A DNA stretch of 64,000 nucleotides from an uncultured Methanosarcinales archaeon (GCA_964589485.1 CAZPRK010000006.1:1-64000), one strand, 5' to 3'; shown: positions 9,519 to 19,602, counted from the stretch's first letter. The notes: generated from the sequence alone by a model not told the origin. Translations and numbers: made by a program.

Positions 9519-9656
9519 TTATTCTTTGATACCACCTCCTGCTGCGTTGATTAATAATTCTCTAGTGTATTCAGAGATTCTGTTGTCTGACAGAAGCTTG
9601 ATCTTCTCAAACAACTCATTATCAATTCTGACAGTGATTCTAGCTCTCATCCCCAT
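9519..9656 (-). CDS. 45-aa RHH (CopG-like) protein (not in ORF track)
   Basis: Hand translation MGMRARITVRIDNELFEKIKLLSDNRISEYTRELLINAAGGGIKE; GAGGAG upstream. Confidence 0.75.
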   Translation of the reverse strand: MGMRARITVRIDNELFEKIKLLSDNRISEYTRELLINAAGGGIKE

Positions 9657-9715
9657 CTTGAGTCTCCTCACTATCTTCAATGATACTCCGAAGCATCCTG
9701 ATCCAATTTGGATAT

Positions 9716-9925
9716 TCAGGCAATTTCACCAGCTCCGTAGAGAATTACATACTGTGCTCTACCATGTTGTTCCACATCCAATATTTTGTGTTTCTTCAAG
9801 AATTTAACAGAGTCTCTGACCTGGTAGAAATTCAGCTTCAAAGCATCAGAAATAACTGTCAAACTCTTCTTTGGATTCTCTCCTACAAATTCTAGAACCC
9901 TCTCGCAGTTTTCAATTGTTGCCAT
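9716..9925 (-). CDS. Small winged-helix DNA-binding protein
   Basis: HTH plus wing (ILDVEQHGRAQYV); GGAGGT RBS. Confidence 0.75.
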   Translation of the reverse strand: MATIENCERVLEFVGENPKKSLTVISDALKLNFYQVRDSVKFLKKHKILDVEQHGRAQYVILYGAGEIA

Positions 9926-10152
9926 GTTATACCTCCGGTTGATTTACCATACGCCTAGTTCTCTAGGTCTTTCAATCGTATCGTATCTCATCTCGGAGGG
10001 ATTAGAAATCCGTCCAGTACAGAAGTAGGATAGTTAAAGGTTTATATAAATATTTTGCCAATAGAAACGCTGCAATACAGTATATCAATCCCTTCAATAT
10101 CTGAAGGAATGACAAGGTTTTTAAAATACGGCTACAAACCCACTAATAGCGT

Positions 10153-10273
10153 AGGCGCATTGGATTGTGCATCGAGAGCACGGCCGACGCATATTTTCAT
10201 TATTCTAATGCGCCAACAAAGACAGGTGCATACGATTGTAGACTGGCTGCACGGCCGGCGCATTTTTTCATAA
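10153..10273 (+). repeat. Imperfect ~50-bp direct repeat (period 71) containing tRNA-Gly-like 3' end; putative att site
   Basis: aggcgcattggattgt-N9-gcacggccgacgcatattttcatta versus aggtgcatacgattgt-N9-gcacggccggcgcattttttcataa; GC-rich relative to surroundings. Confidence 0.7.
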
Positions 10274-10305
10274 ATTATTTAAATAGTACTTTCTTAAACA
10301 TATAT

Positions 10306-10503
10306 ATGGCAGATGGTATTACAATATTAACTGAGTTAGTTCAAACTGTTTTAAATAGAGTAGAAGTTTTAGTTGGTGGTGTATTTGGACTTTATGTAAT
10401 ATACTTTATTTTTAGGATGTATGAAGTGAAGAAACAAAACAAAACTCTTGAAATTATTAAAAAGGATTTAAACTATTTGAAAAGAAAAATAAAAACTAAA
10501 TAA
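10306..10503 (+). CDS. Small single-TM protein with basic coiled tail
   Basis: ATG 10306 (MADGITIL) lies ~25 nt after TTTAAATA; the longer track ORF from 10165 runs through the att repeat. Confidence 0.65.
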   Translation: MADGITILTELVQTVLNRVEVLVGGVFGLYVIYFIFRMYEVKKQNKTLEIIKKDLNYLKRKIKTK

Positions 10504-10577
10504 TTCTTTATTCGAAACTTTTATAAATAAATGTTATAAACTCAATTTAATTAATTATTATATAGGGGGGAAATTAC

Positions 10578-12620
10578 ATGGGTTTAATATTTTATGTTAT
10601 GGGTACTGCAATATTAGCATTAATTTTTGCAGAGTTTTTAGTTTTAAAGATTAACAGGCAAAGTCCTGGAAATGATAAAATGCAAGAAATTGCTCTTGCT
10701 ATTAGAACTGGAGCAATGGCTTTTCTTAAGAGGGAATACAAAAATTTAGTGTGGTTTGTATTTTTATTGGCTTTAGTTTTAGGGTTTGCATTAGATAATC
10801 CTGAAACAAGTATCCAAGAAGGATGGTTAACATCTATTTCATTTTTAGTTGGAGCTTTTGGAAGTGCATTAGCAGGGTTTATTGGAATGAGTGTTGCAAC
10901 AAAAGCTAATGTAAGAACAGCTAATGCTGCTAAAAATCATGGATATAAAGCATTAGAAATTGCATTTAGTTCTGGAGCAGTTATGGGGTTAACTGTTGTT
11001 GGAATAGGTTTACTTGGTTTGTCAGTATTATATTATATTTTTAGTTCAGTTATGGGTTTAAGTACAGCAGCCTCTGCTAGTATATTAACTGGATTTGGTT
11101 TAGGAGCAAGTTCAATTGCTTTATTTGCAAGAGTTGGTGGTGGAATATTTACAAAAGCTGCTGATGTTGGTGCAGATTTAGTAGGAAAAGTTGAAGCAGG
11201 AATTCCTGAAGATGATCCAAGAAACCCTGCAGTAATTGCGGATAATGTAGGAGATAATGTTGGTGATGTAGCTGGAATGGGTGCTGATTTATATGAAAGT
11301 TATGTTGGGAGTATGATTGCATCAATGGCTTTAGGAGCAGTGTTCTTTGGGGTAAAAGGAGCAATTTTACCATTAGCTTTAGCAGCAGTAGGTATTTTAG
11401 CTTCAGTTATTGGAAGCTTTTTTGTTAGAGTTTCTGAAGAAGCTAAAGTTCATGGTGTGTTAAGAAAAGGATTATTATGGGCAACTGGAATTGTAATTGT
11501 AGTAAGTTATCCTTTAACAAAAATGTTATTACCTACACATTTTGTTGGAGTATATATTTCAATAATTACAGGGTTAATTGCCGGAGTTTTGATTGGTTTA
11601 ATAACAGAATATTATACTTCTGATCATTTTAAACCTGTAAAACGAATTGCAGAAGCTAGTAAGACTGGAAGTGCAACAAACATTATTGAAGGGTTAGCAA
11701 TTGGTTATATGAGTACTGCTTTACCTACTATAGTATTAGCTGTTGCAATATATTTAGCTTATTATTTTGCAGGTTTATATGGAATTGCAATTGCAGCTGT
11801 AGGAATGTTAAGTACATTGGGAATTAGTTTAGCTGTAGACGCATATGGTCCAGTTGCAGATAATGCTGGCGGAATTGCAGAAATGGCAGGATTACCAAAA
11901 AAAGTAAGAGAAATTACAGATGCTTTAGACAGTGCAGGAAATACAACTGCTGCTATTGGTAAAGGGTTTGCAATAGGTTCAGCTGCTTTAACAGCATTAG
12001 CGTTATTTAGTGCTTTTAGTCAAGTAGCAGGATTATCAAAAATTGATATCATGTCACCAATAGTTATGATTGGGTTATTATTAGGAGCAATGTTACCTTT
12101 TGTTTTCTGCGCATTAACAATGAATGCCGTTGGAAGAGCAGCTTTTAAAATGATTGAAGAAGTTCGAAGACAATTCAGAGAAATTAAAGGATTAATGAAA
12201 GGCGAAGCAAAAGCTGATCATGAAAAATGTGTAGATATTGCAACACAGGGAGCATTGAAAGAAATGGTTTTACCAGGTGTATTAGCTGTTCTTGTGCCTA
12301 TTCTAACAGGTTTAGCATTAGGTGTTGAAGCTGTAGGTGGATTATTAGCTGGAGCTTTAGTTGCTGGAGTTATGATGGCAATTTCAATGGCAAACTCTGG
12401 TGGAGCATGGGATAATGCTAAGAAATACATTGAAGCTGGCGCACATGGTGGAAAAGGAAGCGAACCTCATAAAGCTGCAGTTGTTGGTGATACTGTAGGT
12501 GATCCTTTCAAAGATACAAGTGGTCCAGCATTGAATATACTTATTAAATTGATGAGTATTGTTGCTTTAGTGTTTGTACCATTATTCTTAAAATATGGAC
12601 CTTGGCTTGTTTTAGGTTAA
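10578..12620 (+). CDS. hppA: Membrane-bound ion-translocating pyrophosphatase, K+-dependent, probably Na+-pumping
   Basis: [44 protein letters not shown] (Ala, K+-dependent type); GADLYESY. Confidence 0.96.
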   Translation: MGLIFYVMGTAILALIFAEFLVLKINRQSPGNDKMQEIALAIRTGAMAFLKREYKNLVWFVFLLALVLGFALDNPETSIQEGWLTSISFLVGAFGSALAGFIGMSVATKANVRTANAAKNHGYKALEIAFSSGAVMGLTVVGIGLLGLSVLYYIFSSVMGLSTAASASILTGFGLGASSIALFARVGGGIFTKAADVGADLVGKVEAGIPEDDPRNPAVIADNVGDNVGDVAGMGADLYESYVGSMIASMALGAVFFGVKGAILPLALAAVGILASVIGSFFVRVSEEAKVHGVLRKGLLWATGIVIVVSYPLTKMLLPTHFVGVYISIITGLIAGVLIGLITEYYTSDHFKPVKRIAEASKTGSATNIIEGLAIGYMSTALPTIVLAVAIYLAYYFAGLYGIAIAAVGMLSTLGISLAVDAYGPVADNAGGIAEMAGLPKKVREITDALDSAGNTTAAIGKGFAIGSAALTALALFSAFSQVAGLSKIDIMSPIVMIGLLLGAMLPFVFCALTMNAVGRAAFKMIEEVRRQFREIKGLMKGEAKADHEKCVDIATQGALKEMVLPGVLAVLVPILTGLALGVEAVGGLLAGALVAGVMMAISMANSGGAWDNAKKYIEAGAHGGKGSEPHKAAVVGDTVGDPFKDTSGPALNILIKLMSIVALVFVPLFLKYGPWLVLG

Positions 12621-12627
12621 TTTTTTT

Positions 12628-13950
12628 TTATATTTTATTTAAATATTTAACCATTGTTTTAATTCCCATTTCTGCTTGTTCTATTCTAAAATGTTCATTT
12701 GGTGCATGATAACCATCAGAAATTAAACTTTGTGCTATTAATACAATAGGTACTTTGAATTTAGTTTGTAATTTAGGAATTGCTCCTATTGTGCCTCCTG
12801 TTGCAACAAATAAAGCTTTTTTTCCAAAACCATATTCACAAGCTTCCTGTGCTTTTTTCATAAATTTATTATTTAGTTTTGTTACTGTTCCTTCGTTGCC
12901 TTCATTGAAAATGATTTCTATACCTTCATGAGTTTCTTTAAGAAAATGTTCTAATTTTTTAATTACATTTTTTGGATTTTGATCTGGAACAATTCTCATG
13001 CTAATTTTTGCATAAGCTTCATACGGAATGGCTGTTTTTATTCCTTGGTTTTCATTACTTTGTCCACCATAATATTCATGTATTTCAAAAGTAGGATTGT
13101 GAATTGCATTAATTATTTTCATTTTATCTTTAGTGTATAAATCACCTTCATATTGCATTTCTTCTTCATCTTTAGCTAATTCTTGAATTTCATCCATACC
13201 TGGCTTTATTACATCATCGTAAAATCCAGGAATTTTTATTTTTCCTTCTTTATCTAGGCAGTTTCCTAAAGCTTGGGATAAAATGTTAAACGGATTCATT
13301 GCTATGCCACCATAAACCCCTGAATGTAAATCTTTTTCATGGGTTTTTAGTTTAACTATGGCCCTTACTAAACCTCTTAATTTATATGTTATTGCAGGAG
13401 TATTTCCTTCAAATATAGTATCGCTAATTAGAATAGATTCTGGATTTTCTAAATTTGCTTTATCAAGAAATTCTTTGAAATTTTTACTTCCAATTTCTTC
13501 CTCGGTTTCGTAAATGATTTGTATGTTTGGTATATCTAATTTATTTTGTTTTAAGAAATTAATTGCATGGATGATTGTTAATGCAGGACCTTTATCATCG
13601 GTTGAACCTCTCCCGTATATTTTGTTATCTTTTTCTATTGCTTCAAATGGATTAGTTTCCCATTGAGGTTCATTCGCTGGTTGTACATCCATGTGATTGT
13701 ATATTGTAATCCAAGGTTTGTTTTTGTTTAGCTCTAATTTAGCCAATAAAACAGGGTTTCCTTTAGTTTCAATTATTTCACTGGTGAATCCAATTTCTTT
13801 TAATATTGATTCTGCTTTTTGTAATACTTTATGTAAATCAGAATGATGGTTTTTATCTTGACTAATGCTAGGAATTTCAATTAATGATTTTAATTGTTCT
13901 TTATATATAGGAATGTTAGCTTTAATGTATTCGTTTAATTGTTTGTCCAT
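12628..13950 (-). CDS. M20-family metallo-dipeptidase/deacylase
   Basis: HMDVQP, GRGSTDDKG, EEEIGS, HSG, HAPNE. Confidence 0.92.
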   Translation of the reverse strand: MDKQLNEYIKANIPIYKEQLKSLIEIPSISQDKNHHSDLHKVLQKAESILKEIGFTSEIIETKGNPVLLAKLELNKNKPWITIYNHMDVQPANEPQWETNPFEAIEKDNKIYGRGSTDDKGPALTIIHAINFLKQNKLDIPNIQIIYETEEEIGSKNFKEFLDKANLENPESILISDTIFEGNTPAITYKLRGLVRAIVKLKTHEKDLHSGVYGGIAMNPFNILSQALGNCLDKEGKIKIPGFYDDVIKPGMDEIQELAKDEEEMQYEGDLYTKDKMKIINAIHNPTFEIHEYYGGQSNENQGIKTAIPYEAYAKISMRIVPDQNPKNVIKKLEHFLKETHEGIEIIFNEGNEGTVTKLNNKFMKKAQEACEYGFGKKALFVATGGTIGAIPKLQTKFKVPIVLIAQSLISDGYHAPNEHFRIEQAEMGIKTMVKYLNKI

Positions 13951-13975
13951 GATAAAATAGATTTAGTTATTTTAT

Positions 13976-14314
13976 TTAAATGTTAAGCTTCCCAATAATC
14001 AATCCACTTACTCCAACTATTGTATGCAACACTGAATCAATGAAGTTAAACGCATCTAATCCGCCAAAGTCTGGGAACGCAAACCCGAATAATCCTATGT
14101 AAAGAAAGAACCCTCCATTAACTAAACAAAAAGGTTTCCAGAAATTTTTATTATTCCAACCAAATTTAATGATGATAATTCCTAATAAAACATGAAATAT
14201 TTTATGCCAAGTTTCTGCAGAATACCCTTTATTCAAGTAATCAGTAATTAAACTTATTAAAACTAATAGAAAAAATATTCCTATGAATCTAGTATAATAT
14301 TTTTGGAATTTCAT
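13976..14314 (-). CDS. Four-TM membrane protein (DUF4383-like)
   Basis: HKIFHVLLG and DSVLHTIVG motifs in TM helices. Confidence 0.6.
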   Translation of the reverse strand: MKFQKYYTRFIGIFFLLVLISLITDYLNKGYSAETWHKIFHVLLGIIIIKFGWNNKNFWKPFCLVNGGFFLYIGLFGFAFPDFGGLDAFNFIDSVLHTIVGVSGLIIGKLNI

Positions 14315-15642
14315 TTTGCATTCCTTACCGCGTTCTTAACAATTTCTGGTAAAGCAGGATGAATATAAATCATTTTTAATAAGTCACTTTTAGTTGCTTT
14401 AAATGTAATAGCGTATATTAATTGATGAATCATGTTTGAAGCTTCTTCTCCGATAATGTGTGCTCCTAGTAATTTTTCTGTTTTTTTATGGAAAAGTAAT
14501 TTTACTAACCCATGATCTGGCATTCTTGCCATTCCCATTGCACTATTTTCATATCTATTTATTCCTTTATAATAAGGGATTTTCTTTTCTATCAATTGTT
14601 CTTCAGTCATTCCTACTGCCCCAATTTCTGGATGAGAAAAAACAGCGTGAGGCATTGGTGGATATTTTATAGGAGTTTTTTTCTTTAAATTATTAAATAA
14701 ATATTCTCCTTCAAAATTCACACTATGTCTAAACATGAAATTACCAACACAATCTCCTAAAGCATATACATTTTTTACAGAAGTTTCTAAGTGTTTATTT
14801 ACTTTAATAAATCCTCTATTTGTTTTAATTTTAGTATTTTCTAATCCTAAATTGTCAGTGTTTGGTTTTACGCCGGTAGCAATTAATAAACCATCACCTT
14901 TAATTTTTCCTTTACTTGTTGTGATAATAAATTCTTTATTTTTATATTCAACAGCTTTTGTATTAACAAAATGAACTTTATGATTAGTACAAAAGTTTTT
15001 ACTAAATTCTTTTTTAATATCATTATCTTCTCTTGCTATTAATTCACCTCTTACTAAGAAATGAACATCACTTCCTAGAGCTGAATATGCATGACCTAAT
15101 TCAGCAGCTATATAACCACCGCCTAAAACAATTAATTTTTTTGGTAATTTAGTATTTCTTAGTGCTTCAGTGCTTGTCATATATGGTGTGCCTTTTAATC
15201 CGGGAATAGGAGGAATAGATGGCTTAGCTCCAGTTGCAATGAATATTTTTTTAGCTGTTATTTTTTTACCGTTAACTTCAATAACTTTATCTGAAATAAA
15301 AGTAGCATGTCCGTGATAATAGTCTAAGTTTTTTTTCTTATCATACCATTTAGGAATACTTCTAGAATCTTTTCCTACAGTAGAATTAATTCTTTTTATA
15401 ATATTTTTAAAATCAATTGATTTTATATTTGCTTTAATTCCTAACTTATTAGCTTCCCTTATTGCCATAGAAATATTAGCAGGATGGATTAACATTTTAC
15501 TTGGTATACAACCTCTATTAAGACATGTGCCACCCCATTTCCATTTTTCTATAATTGCACATTTATATCCTAATTCAGAAGCAGGAGTGCTTATTTTACT
15601 TCCCCCGCCACTACCTATAACAATTATATCGTATTGTTTCAT
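14311..15642 (-). CDS. Class I pyridine nucleotide-disulfide oxidoreductase (dihydrolipoamide dehydrogenase/mycothione reductase-like)
   Basis: GSGGG FAD loop, GGTCLNRGCIPSK, GGGYIAAE, HPALPE. Confidence 0.92.
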   Translation of the reverse strand: MKQYDIIVIGSGGGSKISTPASELGYKCAIIEKWKWGGTCLNRGCIPSKMLIHPANISMAIREANKLGIKANIKSIDFKNIIKRINSTVGKDSRSIPKWYDKKKNLDYYHGHATFISDKVIEVNGKKITAKKIFIATGAKPSIPPIPGLKGTPYMTSTEALRNTKLPKKLIVLGGGYIAAELGHAYSALGSDVHFLVRGELIAREDNDIKKEFSKNFCTNHKVHFVNTKAVEYKNKEFIITTSKGKIKGDGLLIATGVKPNTDNLGLENTKIKTNRGFIKVNKHLETSVKNVYALGDCVGNFMFRHSVNFEGEYLFNNLKKKTPIKYPPMPHAVFSHPEIGAVGMTEEQLIEKKIPYYKGINRYENSAMGMARMPDHGLVKLLFHKKTEKLLGAHIIGEEASNMIHQLIYAITFKATKSDLLKMIYIHPALPEIVKNAVRNAK

Positions 15643-15709
15643 AATAGAAAATATATATTTCAGTATTAATAAAGTTTTTGATTAAATAAAAAAATAAAAA
15701 ATAGATTGC

Positions 15710-15892
15710 TTATTTGCAATCTTTACATGTTGACCCAGCAAATTTCATTAATCCGAAAAGTAGAAATGCTGCTGTGTACCAATTAAGTCCAAAAAAGTTC
15801 CATATTGCTAAATCTTGTAAAAGAAACAAAAAACCTACAAGAAGCATTAGCCCTCCAGAAACTTTCATACATTTATCACATGTCATTTTCAT
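15710..15892 (-). CDS. 60-aa two-TM protein with CxxC at both ends
   Basis: CDKC...two hydrophobic helices...CKDC. Confidence 0.65.
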   Translation of the reverse strand: MKMTCDKCMKVSGGLMLLVGFLFLLQDLAIWNFFGLNWYTAAFLLFGLMKFAGSTCKDCK

Positions 15893-15923
15893 AAAAAGAT
15901 GTTATTATTATATTAAAATGTTT

Positions 15924-16700
15924 CTACTTTCTAGCTAAGAAATAATACCCGCCTTCATTAATTAATTTTTCTTCTTTTAATATTTCGAATCCAATTTGTT
16001 CTAAAGTTTCTTTTACCGGATATTTTTTGTGTTTTGGAACTACTGGACTTGTATCTGATTTCAAAATTATTTTTTCTTCTTCAGTTAAAGTTAGTTTTTC
16101 TTGTTTGATAGCTTCACTTACTTCTTGACCAAAAAACTGACCATAATCTTTCTTTGTATTCATTGAAAGGGAAAACAAACCTTCTTTTTTAAGCACAGAA
16201 TATATACTTCTAATAATTTTCTCTTTATCAGGAAAATTAAAATTGTTAATACAAAAAGCGGCATCAAACCTCTCTTTAAAAGGTATTTCATAAAAATCTG
16301 CCATAACTAAATGTAAATTTTCTGAACTTATTTTTTCTAAACAATATTCTAATGAGTCTTTTGATAGATCAAAACCGAAAACTGTTTTTCCATGTTTAAT
16401 CAATTTTTCACTTAAAATTCCATTTCCAATACAAATATCTAGAACCATTTCAGATTCTTGTAAATCTGTAAAATGTTTACTTAATTGATCTTGATAAATA
16501 CTTGAAAATTGTAATATTTTTTCTAATACTTCAAATCTTTCTCTAGTATAAAATTGTTCTACAGATTTTTTATGTTTTCCTGAGTTATAAGATTTTACAG
16601 GAGGGGCTACATATGGATCACTTAAATCTTGAAGTCTTCGGATGTGTGCTATTTCTTGAAGTGTATATAACCTTTTCATATACTTCTTGATATCTAACAT
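15924..16700 (-). CDS. Class I SAM-dependent methyltransferase
   Basis: VLDICIGNG, GFDLS, ADFYEIPF, FDAAF, LKKEG. Confidence 0.85.
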   Translation of the reverse strand: MLDIKKYMKRLYTLQEIAHIRRLQDLSDPYVAPPVKSYNSGKHKKSVEQFYTRERFEVLEKILQFSSIYQDQLSKHFTDLQESEMVLDICIGNGILSEKLIKHGKTVFGFDLSKDSLEYCLEKISSENLHLVMADFYEIPFKERFDAAFCINNFNFPDKEKIIRSIYSVLKKEGLFSLSMNTKKDYGQFFGQEVSEAIKQEKLTLTEEEKIILKSDTSPVVPKHKKYPVKETLEQIGFEILKEEKLINEGGYYFLARK

Positions 16701-16765
16701 GTATATAAAATTGATGCATAGTTCTATATGAACTTTTATAAGTATTAATCTATTTTAAAATAATT

Positions 16766-17605
16766 ATGCGTTATTTTAACTTAGAAACAAGGAAAATAGA
16801 AGAATTAGGTTCGACTTTTATTATGCATAGAGCTCCATCTAGTATAATCTCAGTTTCTCCTCATGGTGGTGAACTTGTTCCATATGAGTTATTAGAACAA
16901 AGAATAATGAATTTGGAAAACCTTGAAGTAGTTAATGGACTTAGAAAAGACGGAGATATAGCTGCTAATGAAATTTATAAATTCAGTGAATTTAATTATT
17001 TAGCAAGTTTACTTCACAGGAATATATTTAATTTAAATAGACCAAGAGATGGTTGTATTATTGATAAAGCTTCAGATGGAACAAATTTATTAAAAAGACA
17101 ATATTTTTCAAGTGAAAAAGAAATGTTTGTAAGAATGTTTTACGATCCTTTTCATTCTGCATTAAATGAAATGATTAAATCTATTGATGGAAGAGTATTC
17201 TTATTAAATGGTCATTCAATGGAATCAAAAATTCCTAAAGAGCGACAAGATTATGAAGAGGGTATTAAGAGGCCAGCTTTTGGGTTTATGACAACCGATG
17301 GACTTTTAGTTGAAAGAAAAATAGTTAATACATTTATGGAATATATTGCGGATAATGCAGGACAGTTTTTTGATCTTCCTAAAGATATGGATATAATAGT
17401 AGAAGATAAACCTTACTCTATAGTTCCTGGTGGAATAAGTGAATTGTATGGTATGTCTGATGAAAGTACGGATTCAGGGTTATTAGAGATAAATAAACTA
17501 TTATATATGAATGAAGAAACTTTTGAAGTTGATATAAATAAAGTTCACTTATTAAACATATTAATAAAAGGAGCATTATTAGAAGTAGAAAAAATTTTGA
17601 ATTAA
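16766..17605 (+). CDS. N-formylglutamate amidohydrolase-family protein
   Basis: SPHGG, FYDPFH, LNGHSM, LEINKLLYMNE. Confidence 0.75.
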   Translation: MRYFNLETRKIEELGSTFIMHRAPSSIISVSPHGGELVPYELLEQRIMNLENLEVVNGLRKDGDIAANEIYKFSEFNYLASLLHRNIFNLNRPRDGCIIDKASDGTNLLKRQYFSSEKEMFVRMFYDPFHSALNEMIKSIDGRVFLLNGHSMESKIPKERQDYEEGIKRPAFGFMTTDGLLVERKIVNTFMEYIADNAGQFFDLPKDMDIIVEDKPYSIVPGGISELYGMSDESTDSGLLEINKLLYMNEETFEVDINKVHLLNILIKGALLEVEKILN

Positions 17606-17647
17606 AAAGCAAAACTTATTTAAAAAGTTCTTTGTTTCTAAGTAGAA

Positions 17648-19537
17648 ATGATAAAAATAACCTTTCCTGATGGATCAAATAAAAAATTTAAAGAATGTAC
17701 GGGATTAGATATAGCTAATTCTATATCTGAAGGTTTAGGAAGAGAAGCAGTGGCAATTGAAGTTGATGGAGTAGTTCAAGACTTAGGTAAAGAAATAACA
17801 TCTGATTGTAGTATAAGAATTTTAACATTTAAAGATAAAGAAGGTGTTGAAGTTTTTAGACATAGTTCTGCTCATTTAATGGCGGCTGCGATAAATAAAT
17901 TATTTCCAAAGGCAAAGTTTTGGGTTGGACCAGCAGTTGAAGAAGGATTTTATTATGATATAGATGTTGATAAATTAAGTTCTGAAGATTTTGAGAAAAT
18001 TGAAGCTGAAATGAAAAATATTGTAAAAGAAAAACATACTTTTGTAAGAGAAGAATTAACTAAAAAGAAAGCTTTAGAGATGTTTAAAGGAGATAAGTAT
18101 AAACAAGCTATAATTAATGATTCTGAAGATAATTTTTTGAGTATATATAAAACAGGAGATTTTATTGATTTATGTCGTGGTCCTCATGTTCCTCATACTG
18201 GTAAGTTAAAGTCATTTAAATTAATAAAATTGGCTGGAGCTTATTGGAAGGGAGATAATAAAAATAAAATGTTAACTAGGATTTATGGTATTTCTTTTCC
18301 TGATAAAAAAATGTTAAAAGAACATTTACATCTCTTGGAAGAAGCTAAAAAAAGAGATCATAAACTTTTGGGAAAACAACTTGATTTGTTTAGTTTTCAT
18401 GATGAAGCTCCAGGTTTTCCATTTTTTCATGATAAAGGAACTCATATATGGAATAAATTAATTGAATTTATGAGAAAAGAAATGCTTAAACGAGGATATA
18501 GAGAAAGTAAAACTCCAATAATTTTAAACAAATCTTTATGGATTCAAAGTGGACATTGGGATCATTATAAGGAAAATATGTATTTTACTAAGATAGATAA
18601 AGAAGATTTTGCAGTTAAACCAATGAACTGTCCAGGGAATTTATTAGTTTATAAAAATAGTTTACATTCATATAAAGAATTACCTTTACGTATGGGAGAA
18701 TTTGGGTTAGTGCATCGTCATGAATTATCTGGTGTTTTGAATGGATTATTCAGAGTAAGAAATTTTACTCAAGATGATGCACATTTGTTTTGTACAGAAG
18801 AACAAATGGAAGATGAAATTGTAGGTTTGATTGAATTTATTGATCATGTTTACAAAACATTTGGTTTTGAATATCATATTGAGTTATCTACTAAACCAGA
18901 AAAAGCTATGGGTTCACAAGAAATTTGGGATAAAGCTGAAACTTCTTTGAAGAACGCATTAGAAAAAAAGAAAGTAGATTATGTTTTAAATGAAGGAGAT
19001 GGTGCATTTTATGGACCTAAAATTGATTTTCATCTAAAGGATAGTTTAAACCGAACATGGCAATGCGGAACTATACAAGTAGATTTTTCAATGCCTGAAA
19101 AATTCAATTTAGAGTATGATGGACAAGATGGAAAAAAACATAAACCTGTAATGTTACATAGAGCTATTTATGGTAGCGTAGAACGATTTTTAGGGATGTT
19201 AATTGAACATTATGCGGGAAAGTTTCCAATGTGGCTTTCACCTGTACAAGTTAAAATTTTGACAGTTGCAGATAGGTTTAATGATTATGCTGAAAAAGTT
19301 GCAACTGAATTTAGAGATAAAGGGTTATTGGTTGAAATTGATGACAGGAGCGAGAGTATAAATAAAAAAGTTAGAGATGCTCAAATGATGAAAGTTAATT
19401 ATATTCTTGTTGTAGGGGAAAAAGAAATTAAAGATAATACTGTATCTGTGAGAAATAGAGATAATGAAGTACTTGGTGCAAAGAATTATAAAGAATTTCT
19501 AAAAGAACTAATTAAGGAAATAGGCAGTTTTAAGTAA
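17648..19537 (+). CDS. thrS: Threonyl-tRNA synthetase, bacterial-type (TGS plus editing domain)
   Basis: ITFPDG, RHSSAH, DLCRGPH, KPMNCP, FRVRNFTQDDAH, HRAIYGSVERF. Confidence 0.97.
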   Translation: MIKITFPDGSNKKFKECTGLDIANSISEGLGREAVAIEVDGVVQDLGKEITSDCSIRILTFKDKEGVEVFRHSSAHLMAAAINKLFPKAKFWVGPAVEEGFYYDIDVDKLSSEDFEKIEAEMKNIVKEKHTFVREELTKKKALEMFKGDKYKQAIINDSEDNFLSIYKTGDFIDLCRGPHVPHTGKLKSFKLIKLAGAYWKGDNKNKMLTRIYGISFPDKKMLKEHLHLLEEAKKRDHKLLGKQLDLFSFHDEAPGFPFFHDKGTHIWNKLIEFMRKEMLKRGYRESKTPIILNKSLWIQSGHWDHYKENMYFTKIDKEDFAVKPMNCPGNLLVYKNSLHSYKELPLRMGEFGLVHRHELSGVLNGLFRVRNFTQDDAHLFCTEEQMEDEIVGLIEFIDHVYKTFGFEYHIELSTKPEKAMGSQEIWDKAETSLKNALEKKKVDYVLNEGDGAFYGPKIDFHLKDSLNRTWQCGTIQVDFSMPEKFNLEYDGQDGKKHKPVMLHRAIYGSVERFLGMLIEHYAGKFPMWLSPVQVKILTVADRFNDYAEKVATEFRDKGLLVEIDDRSESINKKVRDAQMMKVNYILVVGEKEIKDNTVSVRNRDNEVLGAKNYKEFLKELIKEIGSFK

Positions 19538-19602
19538 AAATTGGCTTCAAAAACAGATGCATTTAAAAAGAAAGGAGTATTTATCACTTATATTAGCTTA
19601 AA

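Larger units (their letters stand above)
1..10262. mobile_element. Integrated element/defence island (right part; left end outside window)
   Basis: Tyrosine integrase at left, type I R-M cargo, cluster of small wHTH/RHH genes and att-like repeat at 10153-10273; codon usage looks less AT-extreme than the housekeeping genes that follow (visual impression, not computed). Confidence 0.8.

Noticed and set aside
9481..9895. Plus-strand ORFs 9481-9807 and 9680-9895
   Set aside because: Antisense shadows of the minus-strand wHTH and RHH genes, which have SD motifs and recognisable folds
10153..10273. Mini CRISPR array or intact tRNA
   Set aside because: Only two imperfect copies; no T-loop (TTCRA), D-arm or anticodon arm
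10055..10305. Track ORF 10055-10273 and the 5' extension of ORF 10165-10503
   Set aside because: They run through the att-like repeat with atypical composition; the likely real gene starts at 10306
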